NCBI RefSeq assembly: GCF_004010195.1
Contig: NC_057719.1
Span: forward strand, 36,635,094-36,699,093
Direction of reading: 5' to 3'
Origin: Chiloscyllium plagiosum
Taxonomy: Eukaryota
Length of the DNA: 64,000 nucleotides
Part shown: positions 37,386 through 49,227 of the stretch, piece after piece
How the letters are laid out: every line of letters starts with the position of its first letter
Numbering within the stretch: the first letter of the stretch is position 1
The notes under the pieces: model-generated
What the model was told of the DNA's origin: nothing
Database searches by the model: none
Seen by the model: the letters and a program-made list of their open reading frames with translations, nothing else
Made by a program: the position numbers and the translations under genes

Positions 37386-40041
37386 CTGATGAGGAAGAAA
37401 AAACTTTTAACTCAAAATATGTTCATCATTACAAAACTATTTCTCCATATTTTTGTCACCTCATTTAATTTAAATCTACTTGCAAACAATCTGTGCAGTG
37501 TTTTAAACATAGAAAAACATTGAAATATAATTCACAGAAATATAATCTGACAGAAATAGATGCAAAGCCGAAAAGATGAAATAGAAAAATGTGGAACATT
37601 GGTCAAACAGTTGGATTTTAAAAAGAGCTTTAAACCGAAGTTGAATTGTTTAGAGGAATGCTCATCAATGTGAGTAAAATTAAAAGGGAAAACTTAAAAG
37701 ATCAGAGTTGAATAAAAGTTAAGCTTTTGGGGATTAGTAGGGCTGATAGTTTTTATAGAGATAAAGGTGGAGGTTAGATCGACAAAGGGATACTAAATAC
37801 TGGGATAAGGGTTTTAAACTGGAGAAATTAGAATCCATTGTGGATCAGCAAAGACAGGAGTACTTTGACAGTATAGCTTGGGGCAATGCAGAGTCAAAAG
37901 ATTTTTAATCTAAAGTTTCTGGGACGCTAAGATTGGAAGAGTAACCAGGATGACATTGGCTAACCCAATCTGGATGGGATAAATACATGAAAATACATGA
38001 ATGGGATCAAGAAAGTAGGAGGTTGGTCTTGTGGACAAATGAATCTCAAGAATAAAATGGGGATACATAGAAAAGGTACTAGACAGAAGCAGGGAAGTGG
38101 TAGAGATGGCTGAACAGACAGTATATGAGTAAGTGACAAAGAAATTCACAAGCTTCTTGAATGTGCTATGGAAGTGAAGATGGATGGTGCAGAGAGAGGG
38201 ATTTAACAGATGGTACCGGAGAAAAGGAGGAAGGGGTTATATTTGTTCTTCAAGATGGGTGCTAGACTAATGAAAGATGCTGCCAAACCTTCTAAGCAAA
38301 ATGAACATAAATTTTAAAAGAGTTAATCCTTTGAATTAAAAAACACTTGGTCATTTCACAGATGCTGTCAAACCTTTACTTCAGATTTCCAACACCTGTT
38401 TGGTGTAGTTCAGTCAGATTTGATGATCTGACAGCTGAAGACCTTGAGAGAGCAAAGCAGAAAGTTACACCAGGGGAATGCCTAGAATGGAAGAGGATAG
38501 AGGTTTGAGTGAGACCAAAGGTGGGGATGAGAAATTAGTGGAGCTGCAGCAATACAATGGGAAACAAAAGACCAAGCAAAGCCTAGGCAATTGGAATCTT
38601 GGTAATACTGTTATATATGATTTAAGGAAGTGTTTTTGCTGGGATAAACGTAGAAGAAAGTAGAATTTATAAGGGATAGGGCTGGAGAAAGAAAGATACA
38701 ATAAGCAGTTGTAGATAGACTTGTATGTTGTCACTAAAGTTTAGATATTTAATGGACTTGCAACAACACTACCAGCAACAATAACTCTTTAGATTCAACA
38801 CTACTAAGAGGACTAAAGCTAACTGGATGCATATAAAAATGTATTAAGGATGGCAAGGGGACAAGAGCAATCGGCAAAAGAGCTCCCGTTACACTGGGAA
38901 ACCGTCACTGAACAAGCCATTTTCAACCTTTCGTTTGCACCTGCTTTTTTTTTGTTTCCAGGTAGCTCCTTCCCTGGAAACACAAAACTGCCCCAGCTAC
39001 AATGTCACATTCACAGTAAATCCCTCCTTTTTCTTTGCTCCTACAGCATCCCCATTCATTCAAACAGCTTATCTCCCTTCCAATGCAGTCACTCCCAGAG
39101 TAAAATTCCGGGTAAACTCAACGAGATTGATTCATTTTCTTTTCTACTTCCGTCTCGTTCAGAAATAATACAACCTTTGTTTCAATATTATCCCCTTTCA
39201 AACTCTGATGTCTTCCTTAACTCCCTGCCCCTCTCCAAACCAACATTAACTGCGTAAAAGCAATGTTCCCCCTGAATTACAAAGGAAGCTCTTCATTAAA
39301 CCTTTTTTTCAATAAAAGACAAGTTCAGTTGAGCTTTTGGGTGGATCCAGAGCGACCAACCTTTTCAGGGGAACGCCACGGATAAGTTAAACGAGGAAAC
39401 TCAGAATCATTTTAAAGTTTCATTAATGAAGAAAATGTCGTTTTGTTGGAAACACAATCTTTCGTTTGAGGAAGATGGTAAATACAACTTATTATGAAAT
39501 ATCATCACTGAAATAAAGGGAAAAGATACTCTTCAGTTGACATTGCCTGAAAGTTTTTTTCCCTTTAATATCACGTCCCGCAAATAGATTTCTAAATCCT
39601 GACTGCACTTCCCAGTTTGTCAGCGATATTCACAATGAAACCAGCGTCTCCTCTCCTCTCCGCCTTAACAGTAGATTCGCTCACGCCTTCACTATCTGAA
39701 TCGCCCGAATGAATTTATCTCAGCTTCCTCAACGAAAAATAATTAAATATCTGAAACAAAAAGGATGGCAATGGATATCGAGTTGAGTTTCACATTAGTT
39801 ACATTTTTATTTCCCTTCAATGGGTCACCTGCTACCTGTGAATGGTACATGGGATGAAGAATACATTTAAAATGACAGTCAAGACATGCAGTAGTTAAAA
39901 ATATTTTTTTAAAAATAAAGAAACCAGTTCTTCTGATAAGGATATTCAGAACAAGAGGACTCAATCTTACAATTAGAGTTAGGCCAGTTAGTAAAATCAT
40001 CAATTGAATGGACCTTAAAATGGTTCCAAATTTGTAATTAC

Positions 40042-40324
40042 CTGGCTTATGTTGTCCTTGTGGAGTTAGCCATTCAGTGAAAACAGAGTACACCAAAAAA
40101 TATAATCCAAAACATGGAATGTCTCTTAACCATAGTGCAGTAATACCTCTGTACAGTCCCAAAATTCCTTCCTCTTTTATTACTGTTATTAGGCAGTGGG
40201 TTGGGCCTCTGTATTTTGGCTTTAACAAAAGGTCACGAGAAGGAGGGCCTTGATAAGACTGATGAGGATGTGTCTGATTCTGCTGCCTTATCTTGATTAG
40301 GTCAATGGGAGCAAACACCATAGC
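40042..40324 (-). CDS. slc25a47: SLC25A47-like coding exon 5 (AMVFAPIDLIKIR...EEGILGLYRG...RDIP...QHKP+G)
   Basis: CAG acceptor, GTAATT donor, 283 nt. Contains the second signature PIDLIKIR, EGxxGLYRG and the R-D contact point. Confidence 0.93.
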
Positions 40325-41512
40325 CTGAAAAGAAGTTAACAAAATGGCATTACAGGACTGATATATTTGGTTTTGGTTTAGGTTTATACAATTTATAACT
40401 TTAGTGGAGTTATAAACACATGAGATAAAGTTAGGTTAGGGACAACTTTCAGAGTGTTTATAAAACATCCTTTTCAAAATCAATTTCAATATCCTGGCCA
40501 ATGACAACTAATTAATGACTTTAATGACTTTAGCAATGGACACGGTGCACTATGAATTGATCTTTTTACAATGTTTTTGATTGTTCATAATTTATACTAT
40601 TATATATGGAGTACCAAAAGGTCTTTACACTACAGAGAATTCCCAATTTACAAAACAATATAACAAAGCATTCCTGTCAAATTTCAATGTTAAACATATT
40701 AGTGAGTGATAAATTGGTTAAAAATATTTTCCTCTACCCTGCAAAGAAAACCCTCCTAGAATGCTCATCATATAGATGCAATAATAGAACTTATTGGGCA
40801 CAGGTGCCAGGTTTGGTCAGTTTGCCAGTCATGAGAGAAAAAAAGATTTTCTATTTGTGTCCTTTGTGGGCTCAAAGAGATTTACAGTTATGTCAGTTTA
40901 ATGTTTCATCTAATAACAGGACCTCTGACAATGCAGCAAGTTTTCATCACTGCATTTAAAATAAGTCTCGATTAATGATTCAGGTTCTACACTGGGTCAT
41001 TAACTTACATTCTAAATCAGAGGTATGAATATCACCAGTGAACCAAAATTGCTGCACTCAAGCTGTAGTCCGCTTACACGTATTTACAGACATGCGCCAC
41101 ATATACCGCACCCCTCCACAAAATTGTGAAGCCCTTTAGTAATCAGAAAACATATGCACACCTGAAACAAAAACTTTAGGTATTCTGTAGATCTAATTTA
41201 GTAGTGGCAATGCATTCAAATTATTCTTATTAAAAAATATAAAAGGTGTATTGCAAATAAATCTGAATATCAACTCTTCTTAAATATGGTTAGCTAAGAT
41301 CATCTGACTTCCAAACGTCTGCCTTGAATAATTTGATCATTTGTTAGGAGTCGTAAGTTTCATAGGTCAATTGTGTATTGATATTCATTCTCCGAAACTC
41401 AAATTCAAAAGATACAGAATGAATAAACTACAATCTAATTAACTCAACTGCACAAAGAACCAAAGCATGAAAGATATTTTGGACTTTATATATAATCATG
41501 TAGGTAACTTAC

Positions 41513-41695
41513 CTCAGCAGTCCCTGCAGAACAGCCTGCAATGAAAACATCAAATCTGGATGGTTTCACATCTGAGCTACCATGTCTCAACTGACTTAAA
41601 AAATGAAGGCAATTTCTGTACGTGCCAAAGCAAACTGAACCACATACAGACACCGACAGAACAGGTAATGCCATTCCTTTGTAAAATCCATATAC
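41513..41695 (-). CDS. slc25a47: SLC25A47-like coding exon 4 (VYGFYKGMALPV...GTYRNCL...FIAGCSAGTAE)
   Basis: CAG acceptor, GTAAGT donor, 183 nt. Contains GFYKG, H2 and the start of H3. Confidence 0.93.
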
Positions 41696-41739
41696 CTGAG
41701 TAAAAGACAGAACAAATATTACTGAAGAATTCCTCAAAT

Positions 41740-42465
41740 GAAATGATCTGGACAATATCCAGGCTTGGGCTGAGAAGTGGGAAGAAACATTTGTCACACA
41801 TAAATGCCAGGCAATGACCATCTCCAAAAAGAGACATTGCTCCTTGACATTCAATGGCATTACCATCACTAAATCCTCTTCTATCAACATCCTGGGAGTT
41901 ACCATCGGCTAGAAATTCAACTGGACCTACTATATAAATACAGTGACCACAAGAGAATGTCAAAGGCTTGGAATCCTGCTGCAAGTACTCTCATTCTAAC
42001 TCTCCAAAACATTTCCACCATCTATAAGGCACAAGTCAGGACTGTGATGGAACACTCCCCACTTGCCTGTTTAATTGGCACCAGATTCACAAACATCCAC
42101 TCCCTCCACCACCAACCCTCAGTACACGGCGCACTTCAGAAATTCACCAAAGATCCTCAGAAAGCACCTATCAAAATCATGACCACTTCCATGTAGAAGG
42201 ATAAGGGCAGCATATATGGGAACACCACCATTTGCAAGATCCTCTCCAAACCATTAACCATCCTGACTTGGAAATATTGTTGAACCTTCACTGCTGCTGG
42301 GTCAAAATCCTGGAATTCCCTAAGAGTATCATAGATCAACCTATAGCACATGGACCACAGTGGTTCAAGACGGCAGCTCACCACAGCCTTCTCAAGGGTA
42401 ACAAGGACGGGCAGTAATTGCTGACCAGCCAGCAACACCAACATTCCACAGTGAATAAATAAAAC
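41740..42465 (+). mobile_element. 3' fragment of a second CR1-superfamily LINE family
   Basis: DLDNIQAWAEKW, KCQAMTIS and IYKAQVRTVMEHSP, with an AATAAATAAAA tail. Related 3'-end pieces occur near 51040-51240 and 61880-62130. Confidence 0.75.
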
Positions 42466-43331
42466 GTTAATATTTAAGTAGAACAAGCAACTGGATTACC
42501 ATTTCCAGAACAGTACAGAACTGAAAAATTGCTAAAAACAGACATGAAGTCAAAATTTTTCAACTTGCATTCATCACAACTTAGATGTGACAAATCAAAC
42601 TTAGAAATCGAACATCAATTTGTTAATCATGACAAGAGGGTGCTGACTGATTGGATTATGGTTGGCAATGAGATGTAGAATGTATTAATTACTAACCTTA
42701 GTTAGCTGATAAACTCATGATTTTGAGTAGTCAGATTGCTGCCATGGGAAATGCAGCACGGATATTAAATCTCTAAAACTCTCTCCTCAATGAAAATGAT
42801 ACAAAGTATGGGTAAATCCTTTTGCCTATTTTGTATGTAAATAAATATACTTTCTAGCATGCGCAAATTAATCACAGGCAATCCTGAATGATACTCTTAA
42901 ATTGGTTTCCAATGTAAGTCTTAGTCTAGTCAGGATTACTGAGTAAAAGTTTCCAGTAGCAGAGTCAAATCAAATGCTGGACATAGTATTCTGATGTTTG
43001 CAGGCATGGGCTGGTTGAGCACAGTTGGTACACTAGCTCTTGTGGATCATCGTAGGGACTTGTTGTTTGATACGAGAGGCTCACATCTTATATGGAGAAA
43101 GTGAGGACTGCAGATGCTGGAGATCAGAGCTGAATCTATGTTGCTGGAAAAGCACAGCAGGTCAGGCAGCATCCAAGGAGCAGGAGAATCGATGTTTTGG
43201 GCATGAGTCCTTCTTCAGGAATCAGGAGAGTGTGCCAAGCAGGCTAAGATAAAAGGTAGGGAGGAGGGACTTGGGGGAGGGGCGTTGGAAATGCGATAGG
43301 TGGAAGGAGGTTAAGGTGAGGGTGATAGGCC

Positions 43332-43804
43332 NNNNNNNNNNNNNNNNNNNNNNNNNNNNNNNNNNNNNNNNNNNNNNNNNNNNNNNNNNNNNNNNNNNNN
43401 NNNNNNNNNNNNNNNNNNNNNNNNNNNNNNNNNNNNNNNNNNNNNNNNNNNNNNNNNNNNNNNNNNNNNNNNNNNNNNNNNNNNNNNNNNNNNNNNNNNN
43501 NNNNNNNNNNNNNNNNNNNNNNNNNNNNNNNNNNNNNNNNNNNNNNNNNNNNNNNNNNNNNNNNNNNNNNNNNNNNNNNNNNNNNNNNNNNNNNNNNNNN
43601 NNNNNNNNNNNNNNNNNNNNNNNNNNNNNNNNNNNNNNNNNNNNNNNNNNNNNNNNNNNNNNNNNNNNNNNNNNNNNNNNNNNNNNNNNNNNNNNNNNNN
43701 NNNNNNNNNNNNNNNNNNNNNNNNNNNNNNNNNNNNNNNNNNNNNNNNNNNNNNNNNNNNNNNNNNNNNNNNNNNNNNNNNNNNNNNNNNNNNNNNNNNN
43801 NNNN
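43332..43804. other. Assembly gap (N run); further gaps at 45805-46499 and 48408-48490
   Basis: Runs of N. Confidence 1.
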
Positions 43805-45403
43805 GGACCAGTGGGGTTCTGTCCTGGTGGCAATTGGAGGGGCGGGGCTCAAGGGCAGAGGAGCAGGAAGTGGAGGAGATGCAGTGGAGAGCATCGTCGA
43901 CCACATCTCGGGGGAAATTGCGGTCTTTGAAGAAGGAGGCCACACTCTGGGTTCCTCAATTGTTCCAGAGAGTTCCATCGGCCTCAGAAATCACTCGGGT
44001 GCCATTAACCATGCGGCCGCTGCAGCGCCCGTGGCAGCAATCGCCGCCGCGAACCATGACGTCACTTCCGCCCCCACCGACCTCGCAGCCTCCGCAATCG
44101 CCGCCCAGACCACTGCCTCCATGATCGCCAGGAAGACCATCGCCGACAGATTTGCGGCCTCCACGGGGTCCACGGCTATCGGGAACAACACCGTTTCTGC
44201 CGTCGCCACAGCCACTTCCGCCCCCAGTGACATCATTCACCTGCACAACGACCACGCCACATGTGTCTCCGCACCCCACGCCGATCTCCGTCACCACGCC
44301 TAACCACGCCCCCACGGCGATCTCCATTCGCATGCCGAACCCCGCCCCCACGTCGAACCCCATCCACGCCCCGATCTCCGTCCCCGCCTCGATTCCCGCC
44401 CCATGCCTAACCCCGCCCCCACTCCCAACTCCAGCCCCACACCAGGTCCTAGGTCCTAGCTCCCAGCCCTGCTGTGTTTTCACCATCCCTCCATAACTAC
44501 CCCTCTCTGAGGATGTAAGATCAGTCCTCGACAGAGGCCTCACCTTCATTCCCCTACGCTCTCGGATTAATGAGTTCAACACGCGGCGAGACATCGAACA
44601 ATTCTTCTGCAGCCTTCGCCTCCGCGCCTACTTCTTCAACCAGGATTCTCGCCCACCCTCAAACAACCCCTTCTCCCGCCTCCAACACACCCCATCCACC
44701 TGGACACCCCATGCTGGCCTCTTACCCGCCCTCGATCTCTTCATAGCCAATTACTGCCGCGACATTAACTGCCTCAACCTCTCCACCCCTCTCACCCACT
44801 CCAACCTCTCACCCTCGGAACGTGCAGCCCTCCACTCCCTCCGTTCCAACCCCAACCTCACTATCAAATGGCAGACAAGGGAGGCATAGTAGTAGTTTGG
44901 TGCACCAACCTTTACACTGCTGAGGCTAAATGCCAGCTCGCGGACACCTCCTCCTACTGCCCCCTTGACCATGACCCCACCTCCCACCACCAAACCATCA
45001 TCTCCCAGACCATCCATAGCCTCATCACCTCAGGGGATCTCCCATCCACCGCCTCCAACCTCATAGTCCCACAACCCGCACCGCCTGTTTCTACTCCTGC
45101 CCAAAATCCACAAACCTGACTACCCTGGCCGACCCATTGTCTCAGCCTGCTCCTGCCCCACCAAACTCATCTCTGTATACCTCGACATGGTCCTATCCCC
45201 CTCAGTCCAAGAACTCCCCACCTACGTTCGGCACACCACCCTCCAACGCCCTCCACCTCCTCCATGATTTTCGCTTCCCCGGTCCCCAACGCCTTATCTT
45301 CACCATGGACATCCAGTCCCTGTACACCTCCATCCCCCATCACGAAGGACTCAAAGCCCTCCGCTTCTTCCTTTCCCGCCGTACCAACCAGTACCCTTCC
45401 ACT

Positions 45404-45570
45404 GACACCCTCCTTCGACTGACTGAACTGGTCCTCACCCTGAACAACTTCTCTCTTCGACTGACTGAACTGGTCCTCACCCTGAAAGACACCCTCCTTC
45501 GACTGACTGAACTGGTCCTCACCCTGAAAGACACCCTCCTTCGACTGACTGAACTGGTCCTCACCCTGAA
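45404..45570 (+). repeat. ~42-bp tandem repeat x4 (DTLLRLTELVLTLK) inside the Penelope RT
   Basis: CTTCGACTGACTGAACTGGTCCTCACCCTGAA occurs four times. Confidence 0.92.
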
Positions 45571-45715
45571 ATCTTCTTCCTGATCTCTCCGCCCCCACCC
45601 CAGTCTGTCCTATCACCCTCACCTTGACCTCTTTCCACCTATCACATTTCCAACGCCCCTCCTCCAAGTCCCTCCTCCCTACCTTTTATCTTAGCCTGCT
45701 GGACAAACTTCCCTC

Positions 45716-45752
45716 ATTCCTGAAGAAGGGCTTATGCCCGAAACGTCGATTC
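45716..45752 (+). ncRNA. Minimal type I hammerhead ribozyme motif in the pLTR
   Basis: ATTC-CTGAAGA-A-GGGC-TTAT-GCCC-GAAA-CGTC-GA; core intact. Confidence 0.75.
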
Positions 45753-47429
45753 TCCTGTTCCCTGGATGCTGCCTGACCTGCTGCGCTTTTCCAGCAACAC
45801 ATTTNNNNNNNNNNNNNNNNNNNNNNNNNNNNNNNNNNNNNNNNNNNNNNNNNNNNNNNNNNNNNNNNNNNNNNNNNNNNNNNNNNNNNNNNNNNNNNNN
45901 NNNNNNNNNNNNNNNNNNNNNNNNNNNNNNNNNNNNNNNNNNNNNNNNNNNNNNNNNNNNNNNNNNNNNNNNNNNNNNNNNNNNNNNNNNNNNNNNNNNN
46001 NNNNNNNNNNNNNNNNNNNNNNNNNNNNNNNNNNNNNNNNNNNNNNNNNNNNNNNNNNNNNNNNNNNNNNNNNNNNNNNNNNNNNNNNNNNNNNNNNNNN
46101 NNNNNNNNNNNNNNNNNNNNNNNNNNNNNNNNNNNNNNNNNNNNNNNNNNNNNNNNNNNNNNNNNNNNNNNNNNNNNNNNNNNNNNNNNNNNNNNNNNNN
46201 NNNNNNNNNNNNNNNNNNNNNNNNNNNNNNNNNNNNNNNNNNNNNNNNNNNNNNNNNNNNNNNNNNNNNNNNNNNNNNNNNNNNNNNNNNNNNNNNNNNN
46301 NNNNNNNNNNNNNNNNNNNNNNNNNNNNNNNNNNNNNNNNNNNNNNNNNNNNNNNNNNNNNNNNNNNNNNNNNNNNNNNNNNNNNNNNNNNNNNNNNNNN
46401 NNNNNNNNNNNNNNNNNNNNNNNNNNNNNNNNNNNNNNNNNNNNNNNNNNNNNNNNNNNNNNNNNNNNNNNNNNNNNNNNNNNNNNNNNNNNNNNNNNNC
46501 CAAGTCCCTCCTCCCTACCTTTTATCTTAGCCTGCTTGGCACACTTTCCTGATTCCTGAAGAAGGGCTCATGCCCAAAACGTCGATTCTCCTGCTCCTTG
46601 GATGCTGCTTGACCTGCTGCGCTTTTCCAGCAACACATTTTCAGCTCACATCTTATATACATTGTTATGTCATGAATAGGGCCCTAGCCATCTGCTCACT
46701 GTGTAGGCTCAATCCCAAAATAGGGTATAGCAAAACAATCCTGTGATATAATGGCACTGCAATTTTAGGAATCTGAAAGCAATTGATGGAGTATGCAGAA
46801 ATAGTTTTCAGAGTGAGGGCAAGTCAAGGACAAAGGAACAATACAATACAAGCACAGACAAGCCATCAAGCAGTGATGTTAGGGAACACTTTTACATGCA
46901 AAGCTTGATAAGAGTGTGGAACTCACAAAACGTGATCAATGTCAGCTTAGTTAACCTTTTGTTTCTGTGATTAATAGGCCATTACTAGCCAAGAGCACTA
47001 AAGAACATAGGCCCAAGACTTGTGGAGGGACACGTGATTTCATTGAATGTCTGTACAGAGTGGAGGGGTTGTTCCCTTATTTACATAATTAAATTTGAAA
47101 AATTATTTAAAACTTTAAAGTGTAGAACCCAGCCTTCTAGTTATAGAATCATAGTCATAGAGATATATAGCACGGAAACAGACTGTTCAGCCCAACTTGG
47201 CCATGCCGACAAGATATCTTAAATTAACTAGTCCCATTTGCCAGTATTTGATCCTAAAATGTCACTCCTCAACCTCCAGTGCTCCACAGAAAATAGCCAT
47301 ATTGATTGAGATTATAACAAGGTATTTCAGCAGTCTGCATTGGAAATGATTCAATGAAGTTAACATTTATTAACAGCAAATAAGTAGGTTTTAATAGGAG
47401 GCTGTGTTTGCACTTATGCTTCACAAGTA

Positions 47430-47646
47430 CAGTCTGTTCTGATATAACACAATAGTTCCATTCCTGTGCAATACTGCATTAAGAAAATTGCATAATAGCA
47501 GCACAATGGGGGTGGAATCGCGTTACAGTCAATACAGGTAAGGAAAGTTTGAGCTCTATAAATAATGATCTAAATTCTTCAATCAGGTTATAGCCAATTC
47601 ATGCCAAACCAATTATAGCCAATCCAATATATAGCAGAACCGACTG
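47430..47646. mobile_element. MITE (same family as 19495), opposite orientation
   Basis: TA-CAGTCTGTTCTGATATA ... TATAGCAGAACCGACTG; the interior is homologous to the 19495 copy. Confidence 0.85.
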
Positions 47647-47802
47647 CAGAAAAAGCTATAAGTGCTCAATTTCCAACATTGCTTCCAGTTAAAGATAACA
47701 TATATATGAACAGCACAAATAAAGGCTTAAAAATTTAAAAAAATTCTAACATAAGCAAACAATTCACAAAGCTGTACACAATTGACAACAATTCTGATTT
47801 AC

Positions 47803-47874
47803 CTTTTCTCTCTGGTATGTTGATCGAATGCAGTGCCAAATACCACTGTACATATGTTGTGTCTGAATTCTCAC
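47803..47874 (-). CDS. slc25a47: SLC25A47-like coding exon 3 (VRIQTQHMYSGIWHCIRSTYQREK)
   Basis: TAG acceptor, GTAAAT donor, 72 nt, separated from exon 2 by an 82-nt intron. YxGIWHC...TY.RE is SLC25A47-like. Confidence 0.92.
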
Positions 47875-47956
47875 CTAGTGAAACAACTTGTATTAGCTAC
47901 AGTATCATGAGTGAAGCATTGGCAATTTCTAGCAGCAGCTCAAATACATACACTAC

Positions 47957-48000
47957 CTTGATTGTATCCAAAGGATATCCAACAGCGGTAGCAAGTCCAC
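47957..48000 (-). CDS. slc25a47: SLC25A47-like coding exon 2 ((G)GLATAVGYPLDTIK)
   Basis: CAG acceptor, GTAGTG donor, 44 nt. Encodes the first PxDxxK signature; AVGYPLDT matches SLC25A47 as recalled. Confidence 0.92.
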
Positions 48001-48194
48001 CTGTGGTGGCAATGTAGATTTCACACCAATGGATATTAAACATAATTTACATTGCGAATGTTACATGACAGATATTTTCAACATGCTTACCTTACATAAA
48101 ATTTCTAAAATATCTATTTTACTGTAATCTGTAAAACATATGTATCTGTATTGGCATGGTTATGATCTTTACTGTGCATTGCATTCTGCTTTTA

Positions 48195-48825
48195 TAGAGT
48201 CATAGAGGTGTACAGCATGGAAACAGACCTTTCGGTCCAACCTGTCCATGCCGACCAGATATCCCAACACAATCTAGTCTCACCTGCCAGCACCTGGCCC
48301 ATATCCCTCCAAACCCTTCCTATTCATATACTCATCCAAATGCCTCTTAAATGTTGCAATTGTACCAGCCTCCACCACATCCTCTGGCAGCTCATTCCAT
48401 ACATGTANNNNNNNNNNNNNNNNNNNNNNNNNNNNNNNNNNNNNNNNNNNNNNNNNNNNNNNNNNNNNNNNNNNNNNNNNNNNNNNNNNNTGTCCTGTAC
48501 AGCCGCAACATGACCTCCCAACTCCTGTACTCAATACTCTGACCAATAAAGGAAAGCATACCAAACGCCTTCTTCACTATCCTATCTACCTGCGACTCCA
48601 CTTTCAAGGAACCTGCAATCCAAGGTCCCTTTGTTCAGCAACACTCCCTAGGACTTTACCATTAAGTGTATAAGTCCTGCTAAGATTTGCTTTCGCAAAA
48701 TTCAGCACCTCACATTTATCTGAATTAAACTCCATCTGTCACTTCTCAGCCTATTGACCCATCTGGTCCAGATCCTGTTATAATCTGAGGTAACCCTCTT
48801 CACTGTCCATTACACCTTCAATTTC
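48195..48825 (-). mobile_element. CR1 3' fragment (spans a gap)
   Basis: VWNELPEDVVEAGTIATFKRHLD and KKAFGMLSFIGQSIEYRS. Confidence 0.88.
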
Positions 48826-49130
48826 GTCAGAGAAAGGGCCAGTTGCAAGTAACTATCCAATTCAAATTCTGCTCTTTCACCTCTGCTGCCTAGATTTGAA
48901 TTATCATGAAAGTAACTCTCCAGGATATTAAGCAAAGGGGAATCAATCTGTTGTAACTCATTTCTAATTAAACTCAAGTACACAACTGAAAACTGTCAAC
49001 ATTTTCCCATTGAGCCCACAGAGATGATAAATATGGTCACCTGCTACACAGTTTAACATTGGTTGATGTGCATTTTTAGAAACGAGACTCAGCTTATTAG
49101 AGGGGCTGCTATAAACAGGATTTATAATAG

Positions 49131-49227
49131 ACAGATAGGAGGCTGGAAGAACACAGCAAGCCAGGCAGTATCTGGAGGGGGAGTAGTCGACATTTCGGGT
49201 GTGACCCTTCTTCAGGATTTTATCTAC
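49131..49227 (-). mobile_element. Short Penelope pLTR fragment (family D) with hammerhead motif
   Basis: The minus strand reads TC-CTGAAGA-A-GGGT-CAC-ACCC-GAAA-TG-TC-GA. Imperfect direct repeat AAACAgGATTTATAAtAG at 49113 and 49228. Confidence 0.7.

Larger units (their letters stand above)
43094..46643 (+). mobile_element. Penelope-like element (family A): inverted 5' part, internally deleted RT and tandem pLTRs; spans two gaps
   Basis: RGLTFIP, ADKGGIVVV, LPKIHK...GRPIVS and FTMDIQSLYTSIPH. 15-bp TSD GCTCACATCTTATAT at 43079-43093 and 46644-46658. Confidence 0.9.

Noticed and set aside
39743..40041. ORF extension beyond exon 5
   Set aside because: This is intron read-through; the GT donor at 40041 gives the correct phase into exon 6.
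43827..44594. Ala/Thr/Pro/Gly-rich ORFs on both strands
   Set aside because: These are alternative frames of the GC-rich low-complexity part of the Penelope ORF, inside the TSD-bounded element.
43222..46552. Long ORFs made mostly of X
   Set aside because: They are artefacts of N runs.
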